Assembly (NCBI GenBank): GCA_964537195.1
Contig: CAZHYZ010000001.1
Span: 93,100 to 157,099, forward strand
Origin: an uncultured Methanosarcinales archaeon
GTDB lineage: Archaea; Nanobdellota; Nanobdellia; Woesearchaeales; GW2011-AR15
DNA: 64,000 bases
Reading direction: 5' to 3'
Shown: positions 53,010 to 63,185 of the stretch, piece by piece
Layout: every line of letters starts with the position of its first letter
Numbering within the stretch: position 1 is the stretch's first letter
The notes under the pieces: generated by a model
What the model saw: only the letters and a program-made list of their open reading frames with translations
Told to the model about the DNA's origin: nothing
Database searches by the model: none
Made by a program: the position numbers and the translations under genes

Positions 53010-54179
53010 CTATTTTTTTTCTAAATCTTCTTTTATCATTAATATTAGTGCAATAAATATTACAATAGCTGATGCAATCCCAAGACTCCCAGGATAAAAG
53101 AATGCAATCATTGAGTTACCGATTAAAGGACCAATTATTTGAGACATACTTCTCAAAGAAGTTCTTACACCATTTATAGAACCTTGTTCTTTCTCACTAA
53201 CTTGTCTGGATATTTCTCCAGATATTAAGGGCATTGCTAATCCTGAGCCAACAGCAAACAAGGTCATTGCCACAATAAATAGCCAAATTTGATTCAGGAA
53301 GCTTAAAAGGACCATACCTATGAACACAGAAGAAAGTCCAACATATCTTAATTTTAGTTCTCCAAATAAGTCGATTAATTTACCTAGTAAAAATCCCCTC
53401 ATTATTATACTTAAGAAGCCAACATAAGTAAGTAAGAAACCAACATTATCTGATTGAAAGCCAAGTTGTCTCTGTGCAAAATATGCAAACCCAGTAACAT
53501 AAATTGAATGCGTTAAGGAATATGCAAAATATTGATAGAGTTTAGGAGATATTTTCTTATTTGTAAGATATTTCTTAAAATCTTTTAGATGGAATGCCTT
53601 TCTAAAATTAAATTTTAGATTTTTCTTTCTCTTTATTGTTTCCTTTAATAAGAACTGGGTCAATATAATGGTTAAGAATGAAAATCCTGCAGCTATAAAT
53701 GAAGGAATACTATAATCTATCTTTGCTAATGTTCCGCCTATGGCCGGTCCAATAAGAAAACCAATACCAAAAGCAACACCAACAAAACCAAATGCTTTAC
53801 TTCTGTTTTTCTTAGTTGATATGTCACTAATGTAAGCAGTGGCAATTGTCATATTACTTCCCAGCATACCATCTACTATTCTGGATAAAAAAACCATCCA
53901 AATCGTATTTGAAAACCCTAATATTATAAAACTAATAAATGTTGAGAGTTGTGAGAAAATCAGTAAAGGTTTACGACCATAGTGATCACTCAATCTTCCC
54001 ATTATTGGAGCGGAAATAAATTGTAATAATGAAAACGTTCCTAATATCAAACCATAAGTTAAGGGTGAGGCTCCAAGATCATCTACAAAGTAAGGTAAGA
54101 AAGGTAATATTAAAGAGAATCCAAGAATCTCTGTGACCATTATTAAGAATATGACAACATATTCTTTAGTTATCCTCAT
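53010..54179 (-). CDS. MFS transporter
   Basis: 12-TM layout. GRLSDHYGRKPLL motif between TM2 and TM3. Confidence 0.75.
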   Translation of the reverse strand: MRITKEYVVIFLIMVTEILGFSLILPFLPYFVDDLGASPLTYGLILGTFSLLQFISAPIMGRLSDHYGRKPLLIFSQLSTFISFIILGFSNTIWMVFLSRIVDGMLGSNMTIATAYISDISTKKNRSKAFGFVGVAFGIGFLIGPAIGGTLAKIDYSIPSFIAAGFSFLTIILTQFLLKETIKRKKNLKFNFRKAFHLKDFKKYLTNKKISPKLYQYFAYSLTHSIYVTGFAYFAQRQLGFQSDNVGFLLTYVGFLSIIMRGFLLGKLIDLFGELKLRYVGLSSVFIGMVLLSFLNQIWLFIVAMTLFAVGSGLAMPLISGEISRQVSEKEQGSINGVRTSLRSMSQIIGPLIGNSMIAFFYPGSLGIASAIVIFIALILMIKEDLEKK

Positions 54180-54265
54180 CTATTGAAAGATTTTTAGGGT
54201 CTTTATATCCTTTTTCCTTGAGAAAGTTTTTTATATAAGATAAGGAAATTGTTTGAAAGAGGGTA

Positions 54266-54643
54266 GTGATGAAATTAATACTTTATTTACCTGGTAGTGA
54301 GGCACACAATTTTTTAGATAAATATGATCAACAGGATTTGTTGGAAGTTTCTCTGCAAGAATATACACCATCTGAGCTTTGTAGATCTATTAAAGAAATC
54401 AATCCTGAGAAAATCTTTTGGCTAGGTCTTGAAGATGAAATAAGTCTAGAGTATCTAACTAAATCTCTTGCAGGCCAAGATGTTTCACATGACCAAGCTG
54501 GACAGAAATTGTTTCAAGGTTATGTTAATGTTCTGGTTGGTACACATGCGAATTCTGTAATTATCTCAGAAAACAGTAAAATAAGAGCCTTTGCAAGAAT
54601 CAACAACATATCTTCTTATGATACTCTTGAAGATTCTCTCTGA
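54266..54643 (+). CDS. Hypothetical protein
   Basis: ORF with a weak RBS. No motif recognised. Confidence 0.3.
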   Translation: MMKLILYLPGSEAHNFLDKYDQQDLLEVSLQEYTPSELCRSIKEINPEKIFWLGLEDEISLEYLTKSLAGQDVSHDQAGQKLFQGYVNVLVGTHANSVIISENSKIRAFARINNISSYDTLEDSL

Positions 54644-54724
54644 TTCCAAACACTTATAAACAAACAACTCCTCTCTGTTCTTGACAAGTGTCTTTGCTGA
54701 TTCTTGTTTTTGTGAGGTGTTATT

Positions 54725-55219
54725 ATGGCAAAGAAAAAGAAAAGTTCATCTAAAAAGAAAAAGACTACATCAAAAGAGAAAAAAACAGGCAAAAAAACAG
54801 TAAAATCAGGTTCAAAAATCAAGTTTCATTATACTGGTAAATTAAAAACAGGAGAATTATTTGATAAATCTGAAGGTCGCGGACCTTTAGAAGTAGAAAT
54901 CGGCAAAGGAATGATTATTCCTGGTCTAGAAGAAGGAATTAGTGGCATGAAAGAAGGAGAGAAAAAAGAGATTACTGTGGAGGCAAAAGATGCTTATGGA
55001 GCTCCAAGGGATGATATGATAAAAGAGATTCCTAAAGGACCAATTCCAGATGATGTTAAACTGGAACCAGGAACAATGCTTTATTTAAGAACTCAACAAG
55101 GACAACCTTTTCCTGCCAAAATACTTGAGGTTAAGGATGACACGGTTGTGTTGGATTTAAATCATCCTTTAGCTGGTAAAGATCTAATCTTCGAGATTGA
55201 GATTGTTGAAATAGCTTAA
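54725..55219 (+). CDS. FKBP-type peptidyl-prolyl cis-trans isomerase (short archaeal FKBP with IF insert) carrying an N-terminal Lys-rich extension
   Basis: KIKFHYTGKLKTGELFDKS...LEVEIGKGMIIPGLEEGISGMKEGEKK...LAGKDLIFEIEIVEI. Confidence 0.75.
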   Translation: MAKKKKSSSKKKKTTSKEKKTGKKTVKSGSKIKFHYTGKLKTGELFDKSEGRGPLEVEIGKGMIIPGLEEGISGMKEGEKKEITVEAKDAYGAPRDDMIKEIPKGPIPDDVKLEPGTMLYLRTQQGQPFPAKILEVKDDTVVLDLNHPLAGKDLIFEIEIVEIA

Positions 55220-55260
55220 AATTTATATATTATTTTTTCTTTACTTTTTTAATTTTTGAG

Positions 55261-56730
55261 GTGTTCAAGATTAAGATACCAAGAACTATGTCGACACAGC
55301 ACCCTGATAATGTCAGGCAGCCTTTCTTTGTAGATAATTCTTTGATTGCAGGAGATGATGAGATTAAAGAAGCATATTATGCTTTTTCTCATTTAGATAT
55401 TAAAGAACAGTTATGGGACTGTGAAGGTAAGGAAGTTGATAATTTTGTTGTTGAAAAGTTATTGACAAAATATGAAGATTATTTTTCAAAGAAAAAGTTA
55501 GGAAAAGATGTTTTTATCACATTACGAGGGCCTAACCCAAGAGTTGAGGAGAACAAAGGAAAGCTATTGCTGGAAACTTTAGAAAGCATACCAAGGAATT
55601 ACGACATCGCAAATCATTTCTATAAAGAAGACATTGCACCAATATTTGAAATTGCAATTCCAATGACTAGTAGTGCAAATGAAATATTGAGAGTGAAAGA
55701 TTATTATAATAAATATATAGTTGGAAAACAAGACAAATTAACAAATGATATTAAAATAAAAGATTGGGTTGGTGAATTCAAACCTGACGAATTAAAGGTT
55801 ATTCCGTTAATAGAAGATAAAGAAAGCATGCTGGATGCGGATAAAATTGTTCATGACTATTTAAAGAAAACAAAAGAAGAATACATGAGAGTATGGCTTG
55901 CAAGAAGTGATACTGCTTTAAACTATGGTAATGTTTCTGCTATATTGATTAATAAGATGTCTTTCCAAAGACTGCATAAGTTAGAAGAATCAATTTCAGT
56001 AGATTTGTATCCTATTATTGGCTGTGGAAGTGTTCCTTTTAGAGGTGGCTTTCGTCCAGATAAATATCAAAATTGTATGAAAGCATATCCTTCTGTGCAG
56101 ACATTTACTTTACAATCTGCTTATAAATATGATTTTCCTGAAGATGTTGTCCGTAAATCTGTAGAACATATAGAGAATTCAAAAAGAAAAAATCCTGTGC
56201 AAGTAGATGAAGAAAGAGCTTTAGAAATTGTTGAAAAAGTCTCTTCCAAATATCAAGAACAAGTAACACATTTGGCTCCTTTAATAAACAATTTTGCCAC
56301 TTATATACCTAAAAGAAGGAAACGTAAGTTACATATTGGCTTATTTGGATATGCCAGAAAATATGCTAAAGTAACTTTGCCAAGGGCAATTAAATATTGT
56401 GCATCACTTTATTCATTAGGAATACCCCCGGAATTATTTGGTTTGTCTAGTTTAACAGAAAAAGATTTTGATTTTATTGAGGACGTAACAGAATCATTTA
56501 GAGAAGATATGAACGATGCTTTAAAATATGTGAATAAAGATAACTTGGAAATATTGCCTGAGAAAATAAAAAAAGATGTAAATAAAGTTTTAGAAAGGTA
56601 TGATTATGAAGTTGACATAAAACATAAAAAAATAACTTCATTTATATTGGATGAATATAAGAAAAATAAGACAGACTCTTTAATAGAAAATATAGAGAGA
56701 GCAGCTGCATCGAGAAATTTTTTAGGATAG
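55261..56730 (+). CDS. ppcA: Archaeal-type phosphoenolpyruvate carboxylase (PepcA-like)
   Basis: N-terminal IPRTMSTQHPDN block characteristic of archaeal-type PEPC. 489 aa. Confidence 0.65.
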   Translation: MFKIKIPRTMSTQHPDNVRQPFFVDNSLIAGDDEIKEAYYAFSHLDIKEQLWDCEGKEVDNFVVEKLLTKYEDYFSKKKLGKDVFITLRGPNPRVEENKGKLLLETLESIPRNYDIANHFYKEDIAPIFEIAIPMTSSANEILRVKDYYNKYIVGKQDKLTNDIKIKDWVGEFKPDELKVIPLIEDKESMLDADKIVHDYLKKTKEEYMRVWLARSDTALNYGNVSAILINKMSFQRLHKLEESISVDLYPIIGCGSVPFRGGFRPDKYQNCMKAYPSVQTFTLQSAYKYDFPEDVVRKSVEHIENSKRKNPVQVDEERALEIVEKVSSKYQEQVTHLAPLINNFATYIPKRRKRKLHIGLFGYARKYAKVTLPRAIKYCASLYSLGIPPELFGLSSLTEKDFDFIEDVTESFREDMNDALKYVNKDNLEILPEKIKKDVNKVLERYDYEVDIKHKKITSFILDEYKKNKTDSLIENIERAAASRNFLG

Positions 56731-56751
56731 TTTTAAATAATAAAATATATT

Positions 56752-57267
56752 TTGAGGTGGTTTACAACTATGACATCAATAACTGAAATTCATAAGGCAG
56801 GAAAGCCATTAATGGCGGTATTATATCCGGATACACAAATGAGACAAGGAAGTTTTCCAAATCCTAATCCGGAAAAGAAAAACATGCCTGAACTTTATGA
56901 GACAAACTTATTAGTTGTATGGACAACTACAAGTCACCAAGGCGACATTCAATTAAGGACAGAATATGTTTCGCCAATTGAAAAACAATTAATAGAAGAA
57001 CTGCCAGAACATTACCAGCCAGGTGAACAATTATTTAAGTCTGCTTTAGAGATATATAAAATGTTGCCAGAGAAAGTCGTTCCATTACTGGTCTTATCGG
57101 AAGATAGAGAGTTTGAGCAAAGCAGATACTATGTTAATTTAGTGTTTGAAAATCCTCAGGAACTTGGTTATTTTGCTTCACTGCCTTTAGAACATATAAT
57201 TAAATTAAAAAGGCCCACATATATTCCAAAAAGAGAAAAGGATGTAGATGAGACACCTAGTATCTAA
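56752..57267 (+). CDS. Hypothetical protein
   Basis: 171 aa. No motif recognised. Confidence 0.35.
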   Translation: MRWFTTMTSITEIHKAGKPLMAVLYPDTQMRQGSFPNPNPEKKNMPELYETNLLVVWTTTSHQGDIQLRTEYVSPIEKQLIEELPEHYQPGEQLFKSALEIYKMLPEKVVPLLVLSEDREFEQSRYYVNLVFENPQELGYFASLPLEHIIKLKRPTYIPKREKDVDETPSI

Positions 57268-57397
57268 TTAAAGATTAAGTGATTCTTTCAGATACTATGT
57301 TGAAAATATATTATAAAAAAATTCGAAAGACCAATCTATTATTGGCAAACTTTTAGGATAGATTTATATAATTAATTATGCTTAATAGAGGATAAAA

Positions 57398-59164
57398 ATG
57401 TTAAGAACAAATAATTGTGGCGAGTTAAGGGAAAAAGATATTAAGAAATCTGTTAAATTATGTGGATGGGTCCAGTCATATAGAGATCACGGTGGAGTCA
57501 TTTTTATTGACTTAAGAGACAGATATGGGTTAACACAAATAGTTTTTGACCCAAGTCACAATAAAAAGATGCATAAATTGGCTGATTCTTTGAGAAGAGA
57601 AGATGTTATACAGGCGGAAGGAAAAGTCCGATTTAGAGGAAAAGGACTTGTCAATAAAAAATTAGATACTGGAGAGATTGAGGTTCTTGCAGATTCTTTA
57701 GAAATATTAAACAAGAGTAAAGTTCCTCCTTTTGAACTTAATGACAGAATCTCTGTAAACGAAGATCTGAGATTAAAATATAGATTTTTAGACCTCAGAA
57801 GACCACAGATGCAGAGAAATATTAGGAATAGACACGAAGTAATACAGACAATTAGATCTTATCTGAATAAACAAGACTTTTTAGAGATAGAGACGCCATT
57901 ATTAGCTAAGAGTACTCCTGAAGGAGCTCGAGATTATTTGGTTCCCAGCAGGGTAAATCCTGGAAAGTTTTATGCACTCCCTCAGAGTCCTCAATTATAC
58001 AAACAGATATTAATGGTTTCTGGAATGGATCGTTATTATCAAATTGCTCGTTGCTTAAGAGACGAAGATTTAAGAGCAGATAGACAACCAGAATTCACAC
58101 AGATAGATATTGAGATGTCATTTGTTGAGGAAGAGGACATTTTCTCTTTAGTTGAAGGTATGTTAAAGAAAATCTGGAAAAAAGTTCTAGAAGTAAAAAT
58201 TAAGACACCTTTTCCAAGAATGACTTACCAAGAAGCAATGGACAAATATGGAACAGATAGACCCGATACAAGTTTTGATATGCATTTAATTAATTTGACA
58301 GAGGAAGTAAAAGAATCTAAATTTAAGGTTTTCAGTGATTTAGTAAAAAAAGGTGGTACAGTTAAATGTCTTAATGTTAAAAAATCTAACTTTTCAAGAA
58401 AGGACATTGATGAGTTTGCTGAATTTGTTAAGATATACGATGCTAAAGGTCTTGCCTGGATGAGGATGTCAGATAAGTTAGAAAGCAGTATTACGAAACA
58501 TTTTTCTGATAAAACCCTTAAGAAGATTGAGAAAAAGACAAAAGCGAAAAAAGGGGATTTGTTGTTGTTTGTTGCAGATAAAAAACACAAAATTGTAAAT
58601 GATGCACTTGCAGCTCTCCGCTTAAGGATAGGTGATGATTTAGGCTTAATAGACAAATCAAAATTCAACTTTTTATGGGTTATTGATTTTCCTATGCTGG
58701 AATTTGATGAGAATGAACAAAAACATGTTGCAGTACATCATCCATTTACAAGCCCAAAACCTGAAGATATGAAATATATGGATAAAGATCCTGGTAAAGT
58801 CAGAGCAAGAGCATATGATGTTGTTCTCAATGGTTGGGAAATAGGTGGAGGTTCTATTAGAATACACAATCAGGAATTACAAAAAAAAGTCTTTGATGTA
58901 CTTGGAATTTCAAAAAAAGAAGCAAAAGAAAGGTATGGCTTCTTATTAAGAGCATTTGAATATGGTGCTCCACCCCACGGAGGCATTGCACTTGGTGTGG
59001 ATAGACTGATTACATTAATTACTCAGAGTGAGTCTTTGAGAGAAGTAATTGCATTCCCTAAAAACAAGGATGCAGAGGAATTAATGGTGGGTTCTCCAAG
59101 TGAAGTAGATAAAAACCAATTAAAAGAACTCCATCTTAAATTAGATATAGTAAAGAAAAAATAA
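57398..59164 (+). CDS. aspS: Aspartyl-tRNA synthetase, bacterial-type (588 aa with insertion domain). Plausibly non-discriminating, given GatCAB downstream.
   Basis: Class II aaRS motifs (FFIDLRDRYG; QSPQLYKQ; GGGSIRIH; C-terminal GLDRL). Confidence 0.85.
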   Translation: MLRTNNCGELREKDIKKSVKLCGWVQSYRDHGGVIFIDLRDRYGLTQIVFDPSHNKKMHKLADSLRREDVIQAEGKVRFRGKGLVNKKLDTGEIEVLADSLEILNKSKVPPFELNDRISVNEDLRLKYRFLDLRRPQMQRNIRNRHEVIQTIRSYLNKQDFLEIETPLLAKSTPEGARDYLVPSRVNPGKFYALPQSPQLYKQILMVSGMDRYYQIARCLRDEDLRADRQPEFTQIDIEMSFVEEEDIFSLVEGMLKKIWKKVLEVKIKTPFPRMTYQEAMDKYGTDRPDTSFDMHLINLTEEVKESKFKVFSDLVKKGGTVKCLNVKKSNFSRKDIDEFAEFVKIYDAKGLAWMRMSDKLESSITKHFSDKTLKKIEKKTKAKKGDLLLFVADKKHKIVNDALAALRLRIGDDLGLIDKSKFNFLWVIDFPMLEFDENEQKHVAVHHPFTSPKPEDMKYMDKDPGKVRARAYDVVLNGWEIGGGSIRIHNQELQKKVFDVLGISKKEAKERYGFLLRAFEYGAPPHGGIALGVDRLITLITQSESLREVIAFPKNKDAEELMVGSPSEVDKNQLKELHLKLDIVKKK

Positions 59165-59196
59165 CATTTTTATATTCACTTCATTAACTTCTATTC

Positions 59197-60138
59197 ATGG
59201 TTGAAGTATTTTATGTTGATACAGAGAATATTAAGAAAGGTAAACTAGAGAAACTTACAAGCCATAAAACTTGGATTAGAGTAGTTAATCCTACTTTAGA
59301 TAAGATAGAATTACTTTCCCAACATACAAAAATCCCTCTCGAGGAATTAAAAGAATCTCTTGAGGAGGAGGAACGTCCAAAGGTTTCTTCTGGAGATTAT
59401 CTAGAGATAATTTATAGAGCACCTTATACAGTTTCACAAGATCTAGAAACATTGCCGATTTACTTCTATCTTTTTAGAGATAAATTAATTACGATTGAGA
59501 AAAAACCCTTGCCAATAATGGAAAAAATCTCCTCAGAGATGTCTAAAAACAAAAACAAATTTCTTTTTAAAAGAGGATTTCCATATTTCATTTTTCATGT
59601 AATTGACCAGATTAATGATGATTATCTTCTCAAGATAGATAAAATTGCAGCCCGTATTGACATCTATGAGAATTTTTCAAAACGGGAGATGACTGTAAAT
59701 GATATTGAGAGAATGTATGATCAGTCAGTCACTTTAAGTTTCTTTAATCAGGCATTAATAGCAAACGTTGAAGTACTTAACTCTTTAAGAAAAGGATATT
59801 TTAACTTATTAAGGCCCCGGGATAAACATATGTTTGAAGAACTTTATTATAATGTCTTACAGATAGTGGATACAGAAAAAGTTCAGAGAGAAGCAATTAC
59901 TAACTTGATCAATGTTCAAGCTATATTAACTTCTACGAGGCTTAATCAATTTATGAAGAGACTAACCTCAATTGCATTGATAGTTGCAATCCCTACATTA
60001 TTATCTGGAATCTATGGTATGAATTTCAAATATATTCCCTTAGCAGAACACAGATATGGGTTTTGGATAATCTCAGGTATAATGATTATAATTAGTATTA
60101 TGTTTTTGTATTTATTTGAAAAACTCGATTGGCTATGA
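59197..60138 (+). CDS. corA: CorA-family Mg2+/Co2+ transporter
   Basis: YGMNF signature followed by two C-terminal TM helices. Confidence 0.7.
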   Translation: MVEVFYVDTENIKKGKLEKLTSHKTWIRVVNPTLDKIELLSQHTKIPLEELKESLEEEERPKVSSGDYLEIIYRAPYTVSQDLETLPIYFYLFRDKLITIEKKPLPIMEKISSEMSKNKNKFLFKRGFPYFIFHVIDQINDDYLLKIDKIAARIDIYENFSKREMTVNDIERMYDQSVTLSFFNQALIANVEVLNSLRKGYFNLLRPRDKHMFEELYYNVLQIVDTEKVQREAITNLINVQAILTSTRLNQFMKRLTSIALIVAIPTLLSGIYGMNFKYIPLAEHRYGFWIISGIMIIISIMFLYLFEKLDWL

Positions 60139-60707
60139 TTTCGACATATATCTTTGATTTGGACGACACAATTATAGACACAAGTATTTATGCTAGAATG
60201 TATAACTCAGTAATACAAGAAATTCTTGATAATTTAGATATCTCAGAAATAGAATTACAAAAAAAAATTAATGAGATTAAAGAGGACTCACAGAGAAAAC
60301 CAGACACACATGAATTGTGTAAGAAACTGAATGTTGAGGAAATTTATTATAAAGTGTTGAAAAGATACATAAGACACACTTATACTTTAAAAACAAAGTC
60401 AATTCCTTCTATCTTCAAGAAAATAAAAGAAAAAGGAAAGAAAATTGGTATAGTGAGTAAATCTCAGGAAAAAACAATAGGTCTTTTTTTAGATAGGTTT
60501 AATCTTCTTGATTATGTTGATTTTATTGTTTCTGGAAAGAAAGATACGGTGTTATTTTGGATAACACTTGAGAAAAAACAGAAATTACAAAAAGAAGACA
60601 CTCTTGTAATAGATGATTCTGATGAAATTTTGGAAGTTGCAGAACATGCAGGATATAAGGTTCTTAATGTGAAGAATCTTGATAATATCGACAAATTTGA
60701 TTTTTAG
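60129..60707 (+). CDS. HAD-superfamily hydrolase
   Basis: FDLDDTIID motif I. Rossmannoid layout. Confidence 0.55.
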   Translation: MAMISTYIFDLDDTIIDTSIYARMYNSVIQEILDNLDISEIELQKKINEIKEDSQRKPDTHELCKKLNVEEIYYKVLKRYIRHTYTLKTKSIPSIFKKIKEKGKKIGIVSKSQEKTIGLFLDRFNLLDYVDFIVSGKKDTVLFWITLEKKQKLQKEDTLVIDDSDEILEVAEHAGYKVLNVKNLDNIDKFDF

Positions 60708-60739
60708 TAATAAGTTTTATATATTTTTCAGTAATATAA

Positions 60740-61030
60740 GTGACTATGAAAATAAATAAAAACGTGATAAAGCATGTTGCAGAGGTTGCTAGGCTTGAGT
60801 TAACTGGAGAGGAGATAAGAGAATTCTTGCCACAACTAAAAGAAATTCTAAAAACCCTTTCTAAGATACAAGAAGTTGATACAAAAAACACCCTCCCTAG
60901 TTATCATGCTGTTGATATTAAGAATGCATTAAGAGAAGATACTCCCAGAAATAGTCTTTCACAAGATGAAGCATTGAAGAATACAAAGAATAAGAAAGAC
61001 GGTTATTTTATGGGTCCGAAGGTAGTTTAA
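60740..61030 (+). CDS. gatC: Asp-tRNA(Asn)/Glu-tRNA(Gln) amidotransferase subunit C
   Basis: 96 aa. KHVAEVARLELTGEEIREF. Immediately precedes gatA. Confidence 0.75.
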   Translation: MTMKINKNVIKHVAEVARLELTGEEIREFLPQLKEILKTLSKIQEVDTKNTLPSYHAVDIKNALREDTPRNSLSQDEALKNTKNKKDGYFMGPKVV

Positions 61031-62400
61031 TGAACTCAATTGAATTTATCAAAGAAGCAAAAAAAGGAAAAGTTGATGTAGTTAAAAACACTGGAAAAAC
61101 CTTAAAAAAAATAAAAGATATCAACAAAGATTACAATTACTTTATAACGATTGATGAAAAGCATTCTCTAGAACAAGCCAAGAATATTAAAAAAGGTCGA
61201 TTATATGGGTTGCCTGTTTCTATAAAAGATTGCGTCTGTGTAAAGGATATGGAGACAAAATCAAGCAGTAAGATTCTAGAAGGCTATAAACCTGTTTTTG
61301 ATTCTACTGTTGTTAAGAAAATAAAGGATGAAGGCGGCATCATTGTCGGAAAGACAACACAAGATGTTTTTGGGTTTGGTTCCTTTAATACAAATGTTGG
61401 TATAGGATATAAAAAACCCAAGAATCCTTTTGATAAGAAAAGAGCTACTGGCGGTTCTTCTGGTGGAGCAGCAGGAATTACTCAGAAACTTGACGCACAT
61501 ATTGCTATAGCTGAGAGTACTGGAGGCAGTATTACTTGTCCTGCAGCTTATTGTGGTGTTTATGGGATAACTCCAACTTATGGCCGTGTTTCTAGGTATG
61601 GTCTAATAGATTATGCTAACAGCATGGATAAGATTGGAGTGATGGCTAAATCAATGGAGGAAATAGCCCTGATGCTTGAGATTATTTCTGGTTATGATGA
61701 AAAAGATTCAACTTCTGTGGATAAAGAATTTCCAAAGTTCACTAAACAGGAACACAGTAAGTTTAAGATAGCAATTTTAGAAGATTTTATGGGGAAAGGA
61801 GTTCAAAAAGGTGTTAAGGAAAATCTACTTAGTTCCTTAAATAATGTTGAATACAAGAAAGAAAAACTTCCTCTAACTTTCAAATATGGTATTCCATGTT
61901 ATTATCTCTTATCAATGTCTGAAGCCTCTACAAATTTAGCTAAATTATCTGGCATGAGATATGGATATGAAATTCCTGTTAAAGGAAACTTCAACGAATA
62001 TTTCTCTAAAGTTAGGAGTAAGGCTTTTTCAAAAGAAGCTAAACGAAGAATTATTTTAGGGACTTTTGCTAGAATGACAGGATTCAGAGATGCATTTTAC
62101 CTACAAGCCTTGAAAGTTAGAACAAAAATAATTGAGGAATACAAAAAACTGTTCAGAAAATATGATTTATTGATAACCCCAAGTATGCCTAACATTGCCC
62201 CCAAATTTACAGACATAGAAAGATTAACTCCTTTAGAGAATTTCATGATGGATATTATGACTGTAGGTCCAAATATTGCAGGATTGCCTCATTTAACAAT
62301 ACCTAATGGGTTCTCAGATAAAATGCCAACAGGCATGCAAGTTATTGCAGATCATTTCAATGAACAAAAATTAATAGATTTTGGAAGGTGTCTTAAATGA
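61030..62400 (+). CDS. gatA: Asp-tRNA(Asn)/Glu-tRNA(Gln) amidotransferase subunit A (amidase signature)
   Basis: GGSSGGAAG ... ESTGGSITCPAAYCGVYGITPTYGRVSRYGL. Confidence 0.85.
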   Translation: MNSIEFIKEAKKGKVDVVKNTGKTLKKIKDINKDYNYFITIDEKHSLEQAKNIKKGRLYGLPVSIKDCVCVKDMETKSSSKILEGYKPVFDSTVVKKIKDEGGIIVGKTTQDVFGFGSFNTNVGIGYKKPKNPFDKKRATGGSSGGAAGITQKLDAHIAIAESTGGSITCPAAYCGVYGITPTYGRVSRYGLIDYANSMDKIGVMAKSMEEIALMLEIISGYDEKDSTSVDKEFPKFTKQEHSKFKIAILEDFMGKGVQKGVKENLLSSLNNVEYKKEKLPLTFKYGIPCYYLLSMSEASTNLAKLSGMRYGYEIPVKGNFNEYFSKVRSKAFSKEAKRRIILGTFARMTGFRDAFYLQALKVRTKIIEEYKKLFRKYDLLITPSMPNIAPKFTDIERLTPLENFMMDIMTVGPNIAGLPHLTIPNGFSDKMPTGMQVIADHFNEQKLIDFGRCLK

Positions 62401-63185
62401 AAAAATTAGGTTTAGCTTTAAGTAGTGGTGGTGCACGTGGATTTGCTCATCTTGGTGTAATTAAGGTTTTAGAAAAACACAACATACCAATACATTGCAT
62501 TTCTGGAACAAGTATGGGTGCAATAATGGCAGCTTATTATGCTTTGTATCAAGAAACAGAAAAATTAGAGAAGATAGCGTCAGAATTTAGGAAGAGAGAC
62601 ATATTAAAACTTGTTGATCTTAATGATCCTAGAGTTTCAATAGTCAAAGGAGAAAAAGTAAGAAACTTTCTAAACGAATTCTTTGAAGGCAAGACATTTG
62701 AAGATACTAAAATTCCTCTTGCGGTTTCAGCCACAACTCTTGAAGAAGGTAAAGAAGTTGTTTTTAAATCTGGGAATATAATGGATGCAATCATTCCATC
62801 TGGAACTGTTCCAGGAGTTTTTCCTGCAAGAGAATATAAGGGCAAGCATCTTGTAGACGGAGGTTTGGCTGATGCCACTCCTGTAGATTTATGTGAAGAC
62901 CTGGGTGCAGAAGCTGTAATTGCTGTCAATCTTTATAATTTTACTAACACAGAGAACAGAAATTACAAAAACATGAAAGAAGTGCTTTTTAGAACATATG
63001 AGATAATTATGACAAAATTGTCAGAATACAGGATTAAGGAGTACAAAGAAAACATACTTGTTTTGAGACCTAAAACAGGCAATAAATTTCAGACATTTTC
63101 ATTTCATCATGCAAAGGATAATGTTGAAGCAGGAATTAGGGTAGCAGAAGAGAATATTGATAAAATCAAGAAATTAATAGAATGA
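62397..63185 (+). CDS. Patatin-like phospholipase
   Basis: GGARGFAHLGV (oxyanion) and GTSMG (Ser nucleophile), with DGG downstream. Overlaps the gatA stop and the gatB start. Confidence 0.7.
   Translation: MKKLGLALSSGGARGFAHLGVIKVLEKHNIPIHCISGTSMGAIMAAYYALYQETEKLEKIASEFRKRDILKLVDLNDPRVSIVKGEKVRNFLNEFFEGKTFEDTKIPLAVSATTLEEGKEVVFKSGNIMDAIIPSGTVPGVFPAREYKGKHLVDGGLADATPVDLCEDLGAEAVIAVNLYNFTNTENRNYKNMKEVLFRTYEIIMTKLSEYRIKEYKENILVLRPKTGNKFQTFSFHHAKDNVEAGIRVAEENIDKIKKLIE

Noticed and set aside
62397-63185. Patatin as the effector of a CBASS-type defence system
   Set aside because: No CD-NTase/cGAS-like or other sensor gene is adjacent. The gene is embedded in gatCAB, so a defence-system interpretation is unsupported here.
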